This document shows positions 1 through 8,921 of a DNA stretch of 32,000 bases, piece by piece. The stretch spans positions 390,001-422,000 of the forward strand of contig CP064992.1 of NCBI GenBank assembly GCA_016699935.1, given 5' to 3'. The notes under the pieces were generated by a model. The model did no database searches. It was not told the origin of the DNA and worked only from the letters and a program-made list of their open reading frames with translations. Each line of letters begins with the position of its first letter. Position 1 is the stretch's first letter. Source of the stretch: Candidatus Saccharimonadota bacterium (lineage in GTDB: Bacteria > Patescibacteriota > Saccharimonadia > Saccharimonadales > UBA4665). The position numbers were made by a program, and so were the translations under genes.

Positions 1-374
1 TCGATACCTACGGCGGTTACGCGCGTGTTGGGGGCGGAGCCTTTAGCGGCAAAGACCCGAGCAAAGTTGACCGCAGTGGTGCCTATGCAGCCCGTTACAT
101 TGCTAAGAACATCGTTGCCGCCGGCCTTGCAACCAAGTGCGAAGTAGGTCTCGCCTACGTGATTGGCCAGCCCAAGCCACTTATGCAGACAATTGACGCA
201 TTTGGCACGGCCACCGTGAGCGAAGCAGAACTGTACGCCTTCAAAGACAAACTCATCGACACCAGCGTCAAAGGCATCATTGAAACACTCGATCTCCGCC
301 GTCCCATTTATAGCGCCACCAGCGCCTACGGCCACTTTGGCAAAGATGGTCTTCCGTGGGAAAAAATTGTGTAG
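1..374 (+). CDS. metK: S-adenosylmethionine synthetase, C-terminal ~124 codons (5' end outside window)
   Basis: Frame 3 is open from the window edge. Translation [43 protein letters not shown]...[17 protein letters not shown] carries conserved MetK C-terminal motifs ([15 protein letters not shown]). TAG stop at 372-374. Confidence 0.9.
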   Translation, partial: DTYGGYARVGGGAFSGKDPSKVDRSGAYAARYIAKNIVAAGLATKCEVGLAYVIGQPKPLMQTIDAFGTATVSEAELYAFKDKLIDTSVKGIIETLDLRRPIYSATSAYGHFGKDGLPWEKIV

Positions 375-417
375 CTCGGTATCGTTTCATCACTAACAGT
401 GGTAAAATCACTGGTAG

Positions 418-1866
418 ATGAAAAATAACGCGTCACTTGTCTATAACTTCTTTTTGGTAGTCGGTGATGCCGTGGCACTTCTCGCCAGCTTCATCGCTGC
501 ATTTGTTATTCGCGGCTCAAGTGACATTGCCGTTGCTAACCCCATGAACGGCGAGACGTATGTATTAATTTTTGCAAGTTTACTCCCATTTTGGATACTC
601 ATATTTGCTCTGCTTGGTCTCTACAATGCCAATATTTACGAGCGCCGGTTTGCAGAAGCTGGACGGTTGTTCATAGGCTCGTTCGTTGGCTTGCTGTTTA
701 TGGTTTTTTGGGACTACATGAGCTTGCAGACAATCTTTCCGGCTAAGCTTGTACCCATTTATGGGTTTGGCATTGCGTTTATAGTGCTGCTTTCTTTGCG
801 CAACATCGCCCGAATAATTCGGACTTCCTTATTTTCCTTTGGTATTGGCTTAAACCGTATTGTCATAATTGGAAAAACGCCAATTACGCGTGAGTTGCTC
901 GCATCGCTAGCGAATACCAAACAGTCGGGGTACAAGATAGCCGCGGTCGTTGGTTATAGCAAACGCATACCAGAAATGGTACCAGCGTTTGATACATTTG
1001 ATGAATTCCTCAAAAGTAAGCCGAAAGACATACACAACATTATTCAAACCGAGTTATATGCCGATGAAAAGCGGAATGCGGCAATCTTTGAGTTTGCACA
1101 GCAGCATCACATAAGCTATCGGTTCGTACCGGGAAATAATGAGCTGTTTGTGGGCAATATAGACGTCGATCTTTTCCGCAATGCCATCCCTGTCATCCAT
1201 GTCCACCACACGGCGCTGTTTGGTTGGGGGCGTATACTAAAACGACTCACCGACATCGTGTTTGGCGGCTTGCTACTGATTATTAGTTTGCCTCTGTGGA
1301 TCATTGCCGCAATTGCAATTAAGCTCAGCGATCCATCTGGTCCGGTATTTTATAAAGCAAAGCGAATGAGCCGTTTTGGCACTCCTATTTATGTCTACAA
1401 GTTCCGTACCATGAAACAAGCCTACAACAATATGTCCCCCGAGGAGGGGTTTGTAAAAATGGGCAAACCCGAGCTTATCAAAAAATACCGTGACAGCGGT
1501 GACCAGCTCATGTACGATCCGAGGGTCACATCTGTTGGTAGGTTACTTCGCACCGCCAGCCTGGACGAGTTACCGCAACTATGGAACGTTTTGCACGGTG
1601 AAATTAGCCTCGTTGGCCCGCGGGCACTCGATACATACGAATTGGAACGGTACGACAAAATGAACCTCATTCTTAGTGTAAAATCTGGCTTAACCAGCCT
1701 CGCGCTTGTGTCTGGGCGGCACGCCATGAGCTTTGAGGAGCGCCGCAAGCTCGACTTGTACTACGTACAGAACTGGAGTTTTTGGTTGGATATTGTCATC
1801 ATAACAAAGACGATACGGGTCGTCATAGAACGCTTATTCAGGCGAGGGGCCCGGTATGTCTCGTAG
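418..1866 (+). CDS. Polyprenyl-phosphate glycosyl-1-phosphate transferase (WbaP/EpsL-like initiating sugar transferase)
   Basis: Intact 482-aa ORF. Hydrophobic multi-TM N-terminus. C-terminal bacterial sugar transferase domain (LSDPSGPVFYKAKRMSRFG..FRTM..DPRVTSVGRLLRTASLDELPQLWNVLHGEISLVGPRA). Confidence 0.85.
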   Translation: MKNNASLVYNFFLVVGDAVALLASFIAAFVIRGSSDIAVANPMNGETYVLIFASLLPFWILIFALLGLYNANIYERRFAEAGRLFIGSFVGLLFMVFWDYMSLQTIFPAKLVPIYGFGIAFIVLLSLRNIARIIRTSLFSFGIGLNRIVIIGKTPITRELLASLANTKQSGYKIAAVVGYSKRIPEMVPAFDTFDEFLKSKPKDIHNIIQTELYADEKRNAAIFEFAQQHHISYRFVPGNNELFVGNIDVDLFRNAIPVIHVHHTALFGWGRILKRLTDIVFGGLLLIISLPLWIIAAIAIKLSDPSGPVFYKAKRMSRFGTPIYVYKFRTMKQAYNNMSPEEGFVKMGKPELIKKYRDSGDQLMYDPRVTSVGRLLRTASLDELPQLWNVLHGEISLVGPRALDTYELERYDKMNLILSVKSGLTSLALVSGRHAMSFEERRKLDLYYVQNWSFWLDIVIITKTIRVVIERLFRRGARYVS

Positions 1867-2985
1867 CCCGAAGCTACGTGTGGCAATCGTGCATGATTGG
1901 CTAGTAGGTGGTGGTGCAGAACTGGTTGTTGAGCAGTTGCACAAACTCTTTCCCGAGGCGCCAATTTATACATCATATACCACGAAAGAGTGGCGCAGAC
2001 GCCTAGACAATACGGTTATCACGGGCTGGCTCCAGCCGTTTGGCAAGCTCCGCAAATTCTTGCCCATGCTTCGTATACTCTACTTCACGCGCCTCAAACT
2101 TGACGGCTACGACCTGGTAATTAGCAGTTCTGGCGCCGAAGCAAAGGGCATAAAAGTACCAAAACGCACGGTGCACGTCAATTACTGTCATGCGCCAACC
2201 CATTACTACTGGCGTCGTTACGATGAGTACATGAAGCGACCAGGCGTTGGCGTCTTTGACCCGCTCGCGCGCCTTGGGTTGTGGCTGTTCGTAAAGCCCC
2301 TCAGGCGTTGGGATCTCAAGGCAGCACAGCGTCCTGATTATATAATTGCTAATTCCACACACATACAGCGTGAAATTCTGAAATATTATGGCCGCGAAAG
2401 CACCGTCATTTTCCGCCGGTCTATTTTGAGCGCTTTCAAAAACACCGGGCGCCCGCGAAACGAAAAGGTCTCATCATATCTGGGCGGCAGACGCCCTACA
2501 AGCGCTTTGACCTCGCCGTTGTGGCCTGCACAAAACTGGGCATACCACTCACTGTCATTGGAGCAGGATCGGACCATGCACGGTTGCGTCGTCTTGCTGG
2601 GAAAAGTGTAACGTTTCTTGGCAGGGTGAGTGATGCCGTTCTTGAGGAAGAATTTAGCCGGGCTGAGGGGTTGCTGTTCCCGGGGCTTGAAGATTTTGGC
2701 ATTACACCCGTGGAGGCGATGGCGGCTGGCATGCCCGTGATTGCCTACAAAGCTGGTGGATCACTGGATTACATCAGACCAAATGTGACCGGGGAATTTT
2801 TTGAGAGACAAACCGTTACATCACTCGCAAAAGTACTGCAACAATTCAACGGTGCAAAATACAGTAGTGCTGCCATAAAAGCATACGCAACAAAGTTCTC
2901 AAAGGAAAAGTTCACCACAAACATAAAATCCTTCTTGGTGGAATGTATCAAGCAGCATCGCTCCGTAGCTAAAAACGTCAAATAA
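1856..2985 (+). pseudogene. GT4-family glycosyltransferase, frame broken once (may be an assembly indel)
   Basis: ORF pieces 1856-2611 and 2521-2985 (second frame open from 2371) join into one ~375-aa protein. N-terminus RVAIVHDWLVGGGAE; C-terminus EDFGITPVEAMAAGMPVIAY (EX7E-type motif). The junction STVIF|PPVYFERF at the T4/C2 run 2409-2414 behaves as a 1-nt deletion. ATG 1856 overlaps the upstream stop. Confidence 0.8.
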
Positions 2986-3069
2986 ATGCTGCCAAGGCGG
3001 CTTGAAGCGCGTATGATGAGAGCAGATACTTGCTAGAACGCCTTCAAACTTGAACGAAAGGATAAGCTC

Positions 3070-4905
3070 ATGTGTGGCATTGTTGGCTATATTGGTTCTG
3101 AAGAAAAAGGTGTCTCAGTAGTGCTGGGCGGGTTGCAAGCACTGGAATACCGCGGCTATGATTCGGCTGGCGTGGCGTACCTGTCCGGGGACGATATTGT
3201 GGTGACGAAGCAGACCGGACGCGTCCAAGCATTGGTGGATTCACTCGGTGAGCCCACCCCAGAAAGTGCGACAGCCATCGGCCATACGCGCTGGGCGACG
3301 CATGGCACACCGACGAAGGCGAACGCGCACCCGCACTTTAATGCAAATAAGAGCATCATGGTCGTACACAATGGCATTATCGAAAACCACACAGAGCTGA
3401 GAGAAAGCCTGAAAAAACAGGGATACGAATTTCAGACGGAAACCGACACTGAAGTCATTCCACACCTGCTTGATTACTATGCAAAAGAAACCGATTCGTT
3501 CGAAGAAGCTTTTCACCGGACTCTCGATCAGCTACGCGGTGCTTACGGGCTTGTCGTCATGACTTCGCGTGAGCCAGATGCGCTGTATGCGGCGCGGCTT
3601 GGCAGCCCACTCGTCCTTGGTATCACTGATGCTAAGGCGCTGATACTTGCCTCTGACCCGGCGGCACTGATGGCTCACACAAAACAAGTCGTGTATCTCA
3701 ATGACCAGGAATATATTGTAGCTCGACGCAGCGGCGAGTATACACTCCACAATCTCAAAAATGATGTGGCCGTCGAGCGCCCTGCCGAGACGCTCGACTA
3801 CGATGCCGACAAGGCCTCCTTGGGCGACTACCCGCACTTTATGCTCAAGGAAATTCACGAGGCACCGCAGACGATACGTTCGGCCACACTGGGGCGAATA
3901 AAGCCGGAAAGTGGCATCGTGAAGCTCGGTGGATTAGAAAGCGTCGCCGATCAGCTCAAGTACATTGACCGCATCGTTATAGTAGCGTGTGGCACGGCAT
4001 CATACGCTGGACTCCTTGGCGAATACGCCATCGAGGAACTGGCCGGCATACCGGTTGAAGTTCAGATTGGCTCTGAGTTCAAGTACCGGAACGAGCCGTT
4101 TTCGCGTAGCACCGCGCTCATTGTCGTATCGCAATCTGGCGAAACGGCCGATACCATTGCCGCTTTGAAAAAGGTCGAGAACTACGGCGTATTGAAGCTG
4201 GGGGTTGTAAATGCCACCGGCAGTACCATTGCCCGCATGACCGACGCCGGCGTCTACTGCCATGCCGGACCAGAGCAAGCCGTCGCCAGCACCAAAGCGT
4301 TTTTGGCGCAGTACACCATACTGCTCCTCATTGCACTGTACCTCAGCAATGGCCGCACCGAGCAGTACAAGCCCTTACTCGAAGAACTCAACCGGCTCCC
4401 GCAAAAAGCAGAGCGAGTGCTTGAACAAGCTGAGCACATTAAATCCCTTGCCAAGAAATATGCCCACTACAAAGATTTTATGTACATTGGCCGGGGGTAC
4501 GAGTACCCTCTGGCGCTAGAGGGCACGCTCAAGCTCAAAGAATGTGCGCTCATTCACTCGGAAGGCTACGCGGCGGGCGAGCTAAAACACGGGCCCCTGG
4601 CACTCATAGACGAAAACTTCCCGACATTTGCCATCGCGACTAACTCGGAGCTACTTGAAAAAACCTACAGCAACATAGAAGAGATTCGCGCCCGAAAGGG
4701 CCCTGTCCTTGCAATTGCAACAGAAGGAAACGAGCAAATACGTTCGCTTGCGGATGATGTCATATACATACCCGATTCGCTCGAGCAAACGACTCCCTTA
4801 CTCGCCGCAATTGTTGTGCAGCTCTTTGCGTACTACGTGGCCGTCGAAAAAGGCCTAGATGTCGACAAGCCACGCAACCTCGCCAAGTCCGTAACCGTTG
4901 AGTAG
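3070..4905 (+). CDS. glmS: Glutamine--fructose-6-phosphate aminotransferase (isomerizing)
   Basis: Intact 611-aa ORF starting MCGIVGY (N-terminal Cys nucleophile). SIS-domain region. Canonical C-terminus KPRNLAKSVTVE. Confidence 0.97.
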   Translation: MCGIVGYIGSEEKGVSVVLGGLQALEYRGYDSAGVAYLSGDDIVVTKQTGRVQALVDSLGEPTPESATAIGHTRWATHGTPTKANAHPHFNANKSIMVVHNGIIENHTELRESLKKQGYEFQTETDTEVIPHLLDYYAKETDSFEEAFHRTLDQLRGAYGLVVMTSREPDALYAARLGSPLVLGITDAKALILASDPAALMAHTKQVVYLNDQEYIVARRSGEYTLHNLKNDVAVERPAETLDYDADKASLGDYPHFMLKEIHEAPQTIRSATLGRIKPESGIVKLGGLESVADQLKYIDRIVIVACGTASYAGLLGEYAIEELAGIPVEVQIGSEFKYRNEPFSRSTALIVVSQSGETADTIAALKKVENYGVLKLGVVNATGSTIARMTDAGVYCHAGPEQAVASTKAFLAQYTILLLIALYLSNGRTEQYKPLLEELNRLPQKAERVLEQAEHIKSLAKKYAHYKDFMYIGRGYEYPLALEGTLKLKECALIHSEGYAAGELKHGPLALIDENFPTFAIATNSELLEKTYSNIEEIRARKGPVLAIATEGNEQIRSLADDVIYIPDSLEQTTPLLAAIVVQLFAYYVAVEKGLDVDKPRNLAKSVTVE

Positions 4906-5989
4906 CTAGTGTTTCCGATGCGATTCGATTGTGTCGGAAAAGAATGTTAGGTAGGCTTCAGCGGTTTTGTTCCAGTCGTATGCTTTGAGTGTGGCCGCGC
5001 GAACTTCTGAGCGGTAGAGAGATGGATTTTTCACCTCGTTTACAATTTTTTCCAGATACGGCTTCACTTCATCGACAGGAACGAGCCAACCTGTTATGCC
5101 GTCAATAACGGCGTCGGTGACGCCAGAATACTCACCTATTACGGCAGGCGTGCCGCAGCTGGTGGCTTCTGTCACGACCATGCCGAACCCTTCGAAGCCA
5201 AAGCCCTGGCGGTTGGGCATCACGAACAAATCTGCGGCATTATAGAGATATTTCAAGTTGTCCCCCAGCACGTAGCCCGGCAGGTACACTGAGTCTTGTA
5301 AGCCACGTCGTTCTATGACGGCTATAGTAGCCTCGAAGTCCTTGCCCTTGCCTGCAATAATGCAAGCGACGTTTGGCAATTCTAGGCGCAAACTCGGCAT
5401 GACGTTTTCCACAAACCAGAGCGCGCCTTTTCGCTCAACGATGCGGCCGACGAGAATGATAAGCGGACGATTTGCTAGATCGACGCCGAGTTGTTCGCCG
5501 AGCATTTTCCGTGCGGCCGTACGATCTTTGAGATACCAGTCATCATGCACGCCCCAGTGAATACGCTGCGTCGACACGGCTGGAAGCTTCTGGTGCACCT
5601 TTTCTTCTGTAGCTCGGCTTATGACAGCTGCGGCGCTGAGGTGTTTCAGCGCTGGAATGACCGTTTTAACGTACAGCGGGTTTTGTAGACCATCTCTGTG
5701 CCGTGGATGGTCGCCACGACTGGACGACGAAGGAGTGCCCGGAAGATTGGCGTCGCGGCAGCCATTAGACCATCTTGCACATAAATAATGTCTGGTCGGA
5801 ATACCCACCCGTCGCAATCGCTCGAAGAGTTAACCACGGAAAAACAACCAGCAGCCATTTGTTTGCGCCGCCAAATTTAATGAGTTTGACATCTGCCCGC
5901 TTGGCTAACTCATCGTACAGCCAGGCGGCAACGTTTTCCATGCCGCCAACCGTTGGCGGAAACTTACGGGTCACATAGAGTATCTTCAT
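4906..5989 (-). pseudogene. GT4-family glycosyltransferase, two frame breaks
   Basis: Three minus-strand pieces (5765-6004, 5646-5858, 4906-5817) stitch to MKILYVTRKFPPTVGGMENV...PDIIYVQDGL...ATIHGT|DGLQNPLY...FGFEGFGMVVTEATSCGTPAVIGE. Junctions near 5814-5821 (G runs) and ~5695 both behave as 1-nt deletions. The likely start is the MKIL ATG at 5989. Confidence 0.8.
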
Positions 5990-6005
5990 ATCTGCATTAT
6001 ACACA

Positions 6006-6068
6006 AGTTTCGCACCAGCCAGCGGTGTCAGATGCTCCGCATTTGAGCAGGCTGGCTGGTGCGAAACT
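6006..6068. repeat. Perfect 18-bp inverted repeat (arms 6006-6023 and 6051-6068) with a 27-nt spacer, in a divergent intergenic region
   Basis: AGTTTCGCACCAGCCAGC ... GCTGGCTGGTGCGAAACT. All 18 positions are complementary by hand check. It lies between the minus-strand GT4 start (5989) and the phosphohexomutase start (6128). Confidence 0.9.
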
Positions 6069-6072
6069 CGTG

Positions 6073-6102
6073 TTATGCAGTGGCACGTAAGAGGGGTATA
6101 CT
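6073..6102 (+). promoter_or_regulatory. Candidate sigma70-like promoter for the phosphohexomutase gene
   Basis: TTATGC (6073-6078), 18-nt spacer, TATACT (6097-6102). Followed by a strong SD AGAGGAGG at 6117-6124 and ATG at 6128. Motif match only. Confidence 0.3.
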
Positions 6103-6127
6103 GGAAGACACAGTATAGAGGAGGCTC

Positions 6128-7474
6128 ATGGGCAATTTAGCGAACATTTTTAAGGCATACGACATACGTGGTCGGGTCGGAACAGAGCTGAGCGAGGATT
6201 TGGTAGAACGAGTTGGGCAGAGTTTTGCACAGTGGCTACCATCTGATGGTTCTGTGGTGGTCGGCCATGACATGCGACCAGATTCACGGCAGCTTGCCGA
6301 TGCATTGGCTCGTGGAATTACGCTTGCGGGGCGCGATGTCATTGACATTGGTTTGGTGACATCAGATATGGCAGTGTTTGGGGTAGAGCACTTTCAAGCC
6401 GCTGGTGCGGCCATCATCACTGCCAGTCATAACCCTGGCGAATATAACGGTATAAAATTGTTCGACAGTACGCCGAAGACCATTGGGCTTGACCAGGGGC
6501 TCGACGTAGTGCGAGATGGCGCGCTGAACCAGACTCGCCCCGAAGTAGCTGCGTCAACTGGCAGCGTGACTCACGAAGATTTGATAGAAGCCTGGGTCGA
6601 TTACTGCCTAGGCTTTGTTGACACCTCACGGTTTAAGCCAATCAATATCGCCATCGACTGCGGCAATGGCATGGCTGGCGTAGTGCTCGAAAAACTACTT
6701 GCTCGTCTGCCCTTTACGGTAGAGCGGCTTTATTTTGAGCCGGACGGCACATTTCCGAACCATGAAGCTAACCCTCAGAAGCTTGAGACACTCAAAGACT
6801 TGCAGGCCGCGGTTCAAAAAAAGGGTTGTTACCTCGGGGTTGCCTTTGATGGTGACGGCGACCGTATGGCAATGATAGATGAAACTGGTCGGCCAATTAC
6901 CGGCAGTGAAATGATGTCGCTGTTAGCTAGCAAATACCTCCAGACTCCCGAACCATCGTTCGTCTATGAGGTTCGGACGTCGCGTGCAGTCGTATCGCGC
7001 CTGGAATCACAGGGTTACAAGGGAGTCCGCTCCAAGGCGGGTCGCAGTAACATTGGTGAGGTTATGCGCGCCAACAACGCTGTGTTTGGCGGTGAAACCA
7101 CCGGGCACTTCTTTTTCAAAGATTACTGGTCGAACGACTCGGGCATGTTGAGCATGCTCATTGCTCTCGAACAGGTTTTCACCCAGGATCGTCCGTTATC
7201 AGAGGTGGTTTCAACCTCGCACACGACAAACCCAATGATTCCGGAAACGAACTTTGAGGTCGCTGACCCGAAAGGGATGCTTCAAAAAGTCAGCGAAGCG
7301 TTCGGCAAATACGAGCAAGATTGGCTGGATGGTCTGAGCGTCACCCTGCCCGACGGCTGGTTCAACTTGCGCGCCAGCAACACCGAACCCGTCATGCGCC
7401 TGAATGCCGAAGCCATGACACAAGCCGATTTGGACGGATTAGTAAAATGGGTTACTGAAATTATCACTAATTGA
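6128..7474 (+). CDS. Phosphohexomutase (phosphomannomutase/phosphoglucomutase family; GlmM-like activity not excluded)
   Basis: Intact 448-aa ORF. Phosphoserine loop TASHNPGEYNGIK, Mg site FDGDGDR, sugar loop GGETTGH. Confidence 0.9.
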   Translation: MGNLANIFKAYDIRGRVGTELSEDLVERVGQSFAQWLPSDGSVVVGHDMRPDSRQLADALARGITLAGRDVIDIGLVTSDMAVFGVEHFQAAGAAIITASHNPGEYNGIKLFDSTPKTIGLDQGLDVVRDGALNQTRPEVAASTGSVTHEDLIEAWVDYCLGFVDTSRFKPINIAIDCGNGMAGVVLEKLLARLPFTVERLYFEPDGTFPNHEANPQKLETLKDLQAAVQKKGCYLGVAFDGDGDRMAMIDETGRPITGSEMMSLLASKYLQTPEPSFVYEVRTSRAVVSRLESQGYKGVRSKAGRSNIGEVMRANNAVFGGETTGHFFFKDYWSNDSGMLSMLIALEQVFTQDRPLSEVVSTSHTTNPMIPETNFEVADPKGMLQKVSEAFGKYEQDWLDGLSVTLPDGWFNLRASNTEPVMRLNAEAMTQADLDGLVKWVTEIITN

Positions 7475-7493
7475 GAATGTAGAGGCATATTTC

Positions 7494-8240
7494 ATGGCAA
7501 AATCAGGCGAAAAATCTTATTTTAAGGAAATAGGGGAAGCTGGCATCAACTATACGCTTGCGAAGCCATTTTCAGACCCCCCAAACTTAGGTTCGCTCTT
7601 ACATGATATTGCGGCGGTTTTTAGTCTATTGCCCCCTCCCCCAGCTCGTATTCTGGATTTGGGGTGTGGTTCTGGCTGGACTAGTGCCTTTTTTGCACGT
7701 GCTGGGTACGATGTAGTCGGAGTTGACATATCTCCTGAAGCCGTTGAAGCAGCATCAAAACATTACTTAGAGCTGCCTAATGTGAGCTTTGTAGTTGGTG
7801 ACTACGATACCCTGGCATATTCAGGGGAGTTTGACGCCGCAGTTTTTTTTGATTCATTACATCATGCAGAAGATGAAGTACTGGCTTTAAAGGCAGCTTT
7901 TGTGGCACTACGGCCAGGAGGAATTCTTGTAGCCTGCGAGCCTGGAGTTGGACATAGCAAAACAGCAAAGTCAATTGACGCAATGGAACGATACGGAGTC
8001 AATGAACGCGACATGCCACCAAAATTACTTCGGATCCAAATGCGCAAAGCTGGATTTAGCACAATTAAAACATATGCTTACCCGGCAATCTCTCATAGGG
8101 CTTTGTATTTCAATCGAACTGGCTGGATTGGAAGACTGAGAAACATTGCGATGGTACGGGCGTTAACCGTGGGGATGCTCGCAACTATACTCCGTCGAAA
8201 CCATGGGATTGTAGTGGCGCATAGAGAAGCTGATACGTAA
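7494..8240 (+). CDS. Class I SAM-dependent methyltransferase
   Basis: Intact 248-aa ORF. SAM motif I ILDLGCGSGW, followed by VVGVDIS and DAAVFFDSLHH. Confidence 0.8.
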   Translation: MAKSGEKSYFKEIGEAGINYTLAKPFSDPPNLGSLLHDIAAVFSLLPPPPARILDLGCGSGWTSAFFARAGYDVVGVDISPEAVEAASKHYLELPNVSFVVGDYDTLAYSGEFDAAVFFDSLHHAEDEVLALKAAFVALRPGGILVACEPGVGHSKTAKSIDAMERYGVNERDMPPKLLRIQMRKAGFSTIKTYAYPAISHRALYFNRTGWIGRLRNIAMVRALTVGMLATILRRNHGIVVAHREADT

Positions 8241-8292
8241 AGCACTGTTTACACTAGTAAACCCTTTCCGTTAGTCTCTGGTATTGACCCAC

Positions 8293-8322
8293 TTGCATTC
8301 AGTGCCATAAAAGATGTATAAT
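8293..8322 (+). promoter_or_regulatory. Candidate promoter upstream of the 8352 gene
   Basis: TTGCAT (8293-8298), 18-nt spacer, TATAAT (8317-8322). Motif match only. Confidence 0.35.
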
Positions 8323-8351
8323 AATGCTCGTGTTAATGTAAAATATAAACT

Positions 8352-8920
8352 ATGCAACGAAAAGTCTCTCGCAAGCGTTTTAGTCGCAAATACTACTTAG
8401 CCCTCTGCTGCTTGTTTCTAGTACTGTGCGCTGGAGCTGTTTTTGTGCTCGAAAAAGACATACAATTAACCTCATTGGCCCAGAAACTACCCCTACATCG
8501 GAAGGACTAACAAAAGAACAACAAGGAAAAGTATCGAAAGCAAATGCAGACGCAAAACAGGTTTTCTTGGATGAGGCTTCAAAAAATCCTCCAGACAAAG
8601 TTAGTACCGACAGCTCACCTAATACGTCGCCTCAGAAGGGCAGCCTTACACTTAGTGCCGAAAAGTCCTCTGCAACCCACGTGACTGTACTCACAAAAAT
8701 AATGGACATAACTGATGGTAATTGTGAATTAGCAGTAAGCAATGGTACTAAAAACACGACACAAACTGCGCCTGTTATATTTCAGCCCGAGTTTTCTTCT
8801 TGCGCTGGGTTTAGCGTGCCCGTAAGTCAGCTTGGTACCGGACAATGGGTTATATCTGTAACAGTAAAGCCAGTTTCGGGAGATAGTATTAATAGTAAAA
8901 TTGAACTGAGAGTTGATTGA
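8352..8920 (+). pseudogene. Small signal-anchored secreted protein of unknown function, one frame break
   Basis: ATG 8352 gives MQRKVSRKRFSRKYYLALCCLFLVLCAGAVFVLEKD (basic N-terminus plus a TM helix). That frame then stops at 8508. ORF 8426-8920 continues in the -1 frame (INLIGPETTPTSEGL...VTVKPVSGDSINSKIELRVD). The likely junction is the A5 run at 8452-8456. Confidence 0.6.
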
Positions 8921-8921
8921 C

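Noticed and set aside
2986-3069. Possible glmS ribozyme/riboswitch upstream of glmS
   Set aside because: The intergenic region is only 84 nt, much shorter than the roughly 170-nt glmS ribozyme. I could not find its conserved core or pseudoknot pattern. Only a plain SD-like AAAGGA precedes the ATG.
8247-8262. Rho-independent terminator after the 7494-8240 methyltransferase
   Set aside because: The stem is only 6 bp (GTTTAC/GTAAAC) with a 4-nt loop. It is followed by CCTTTCC rather than a U-tract.
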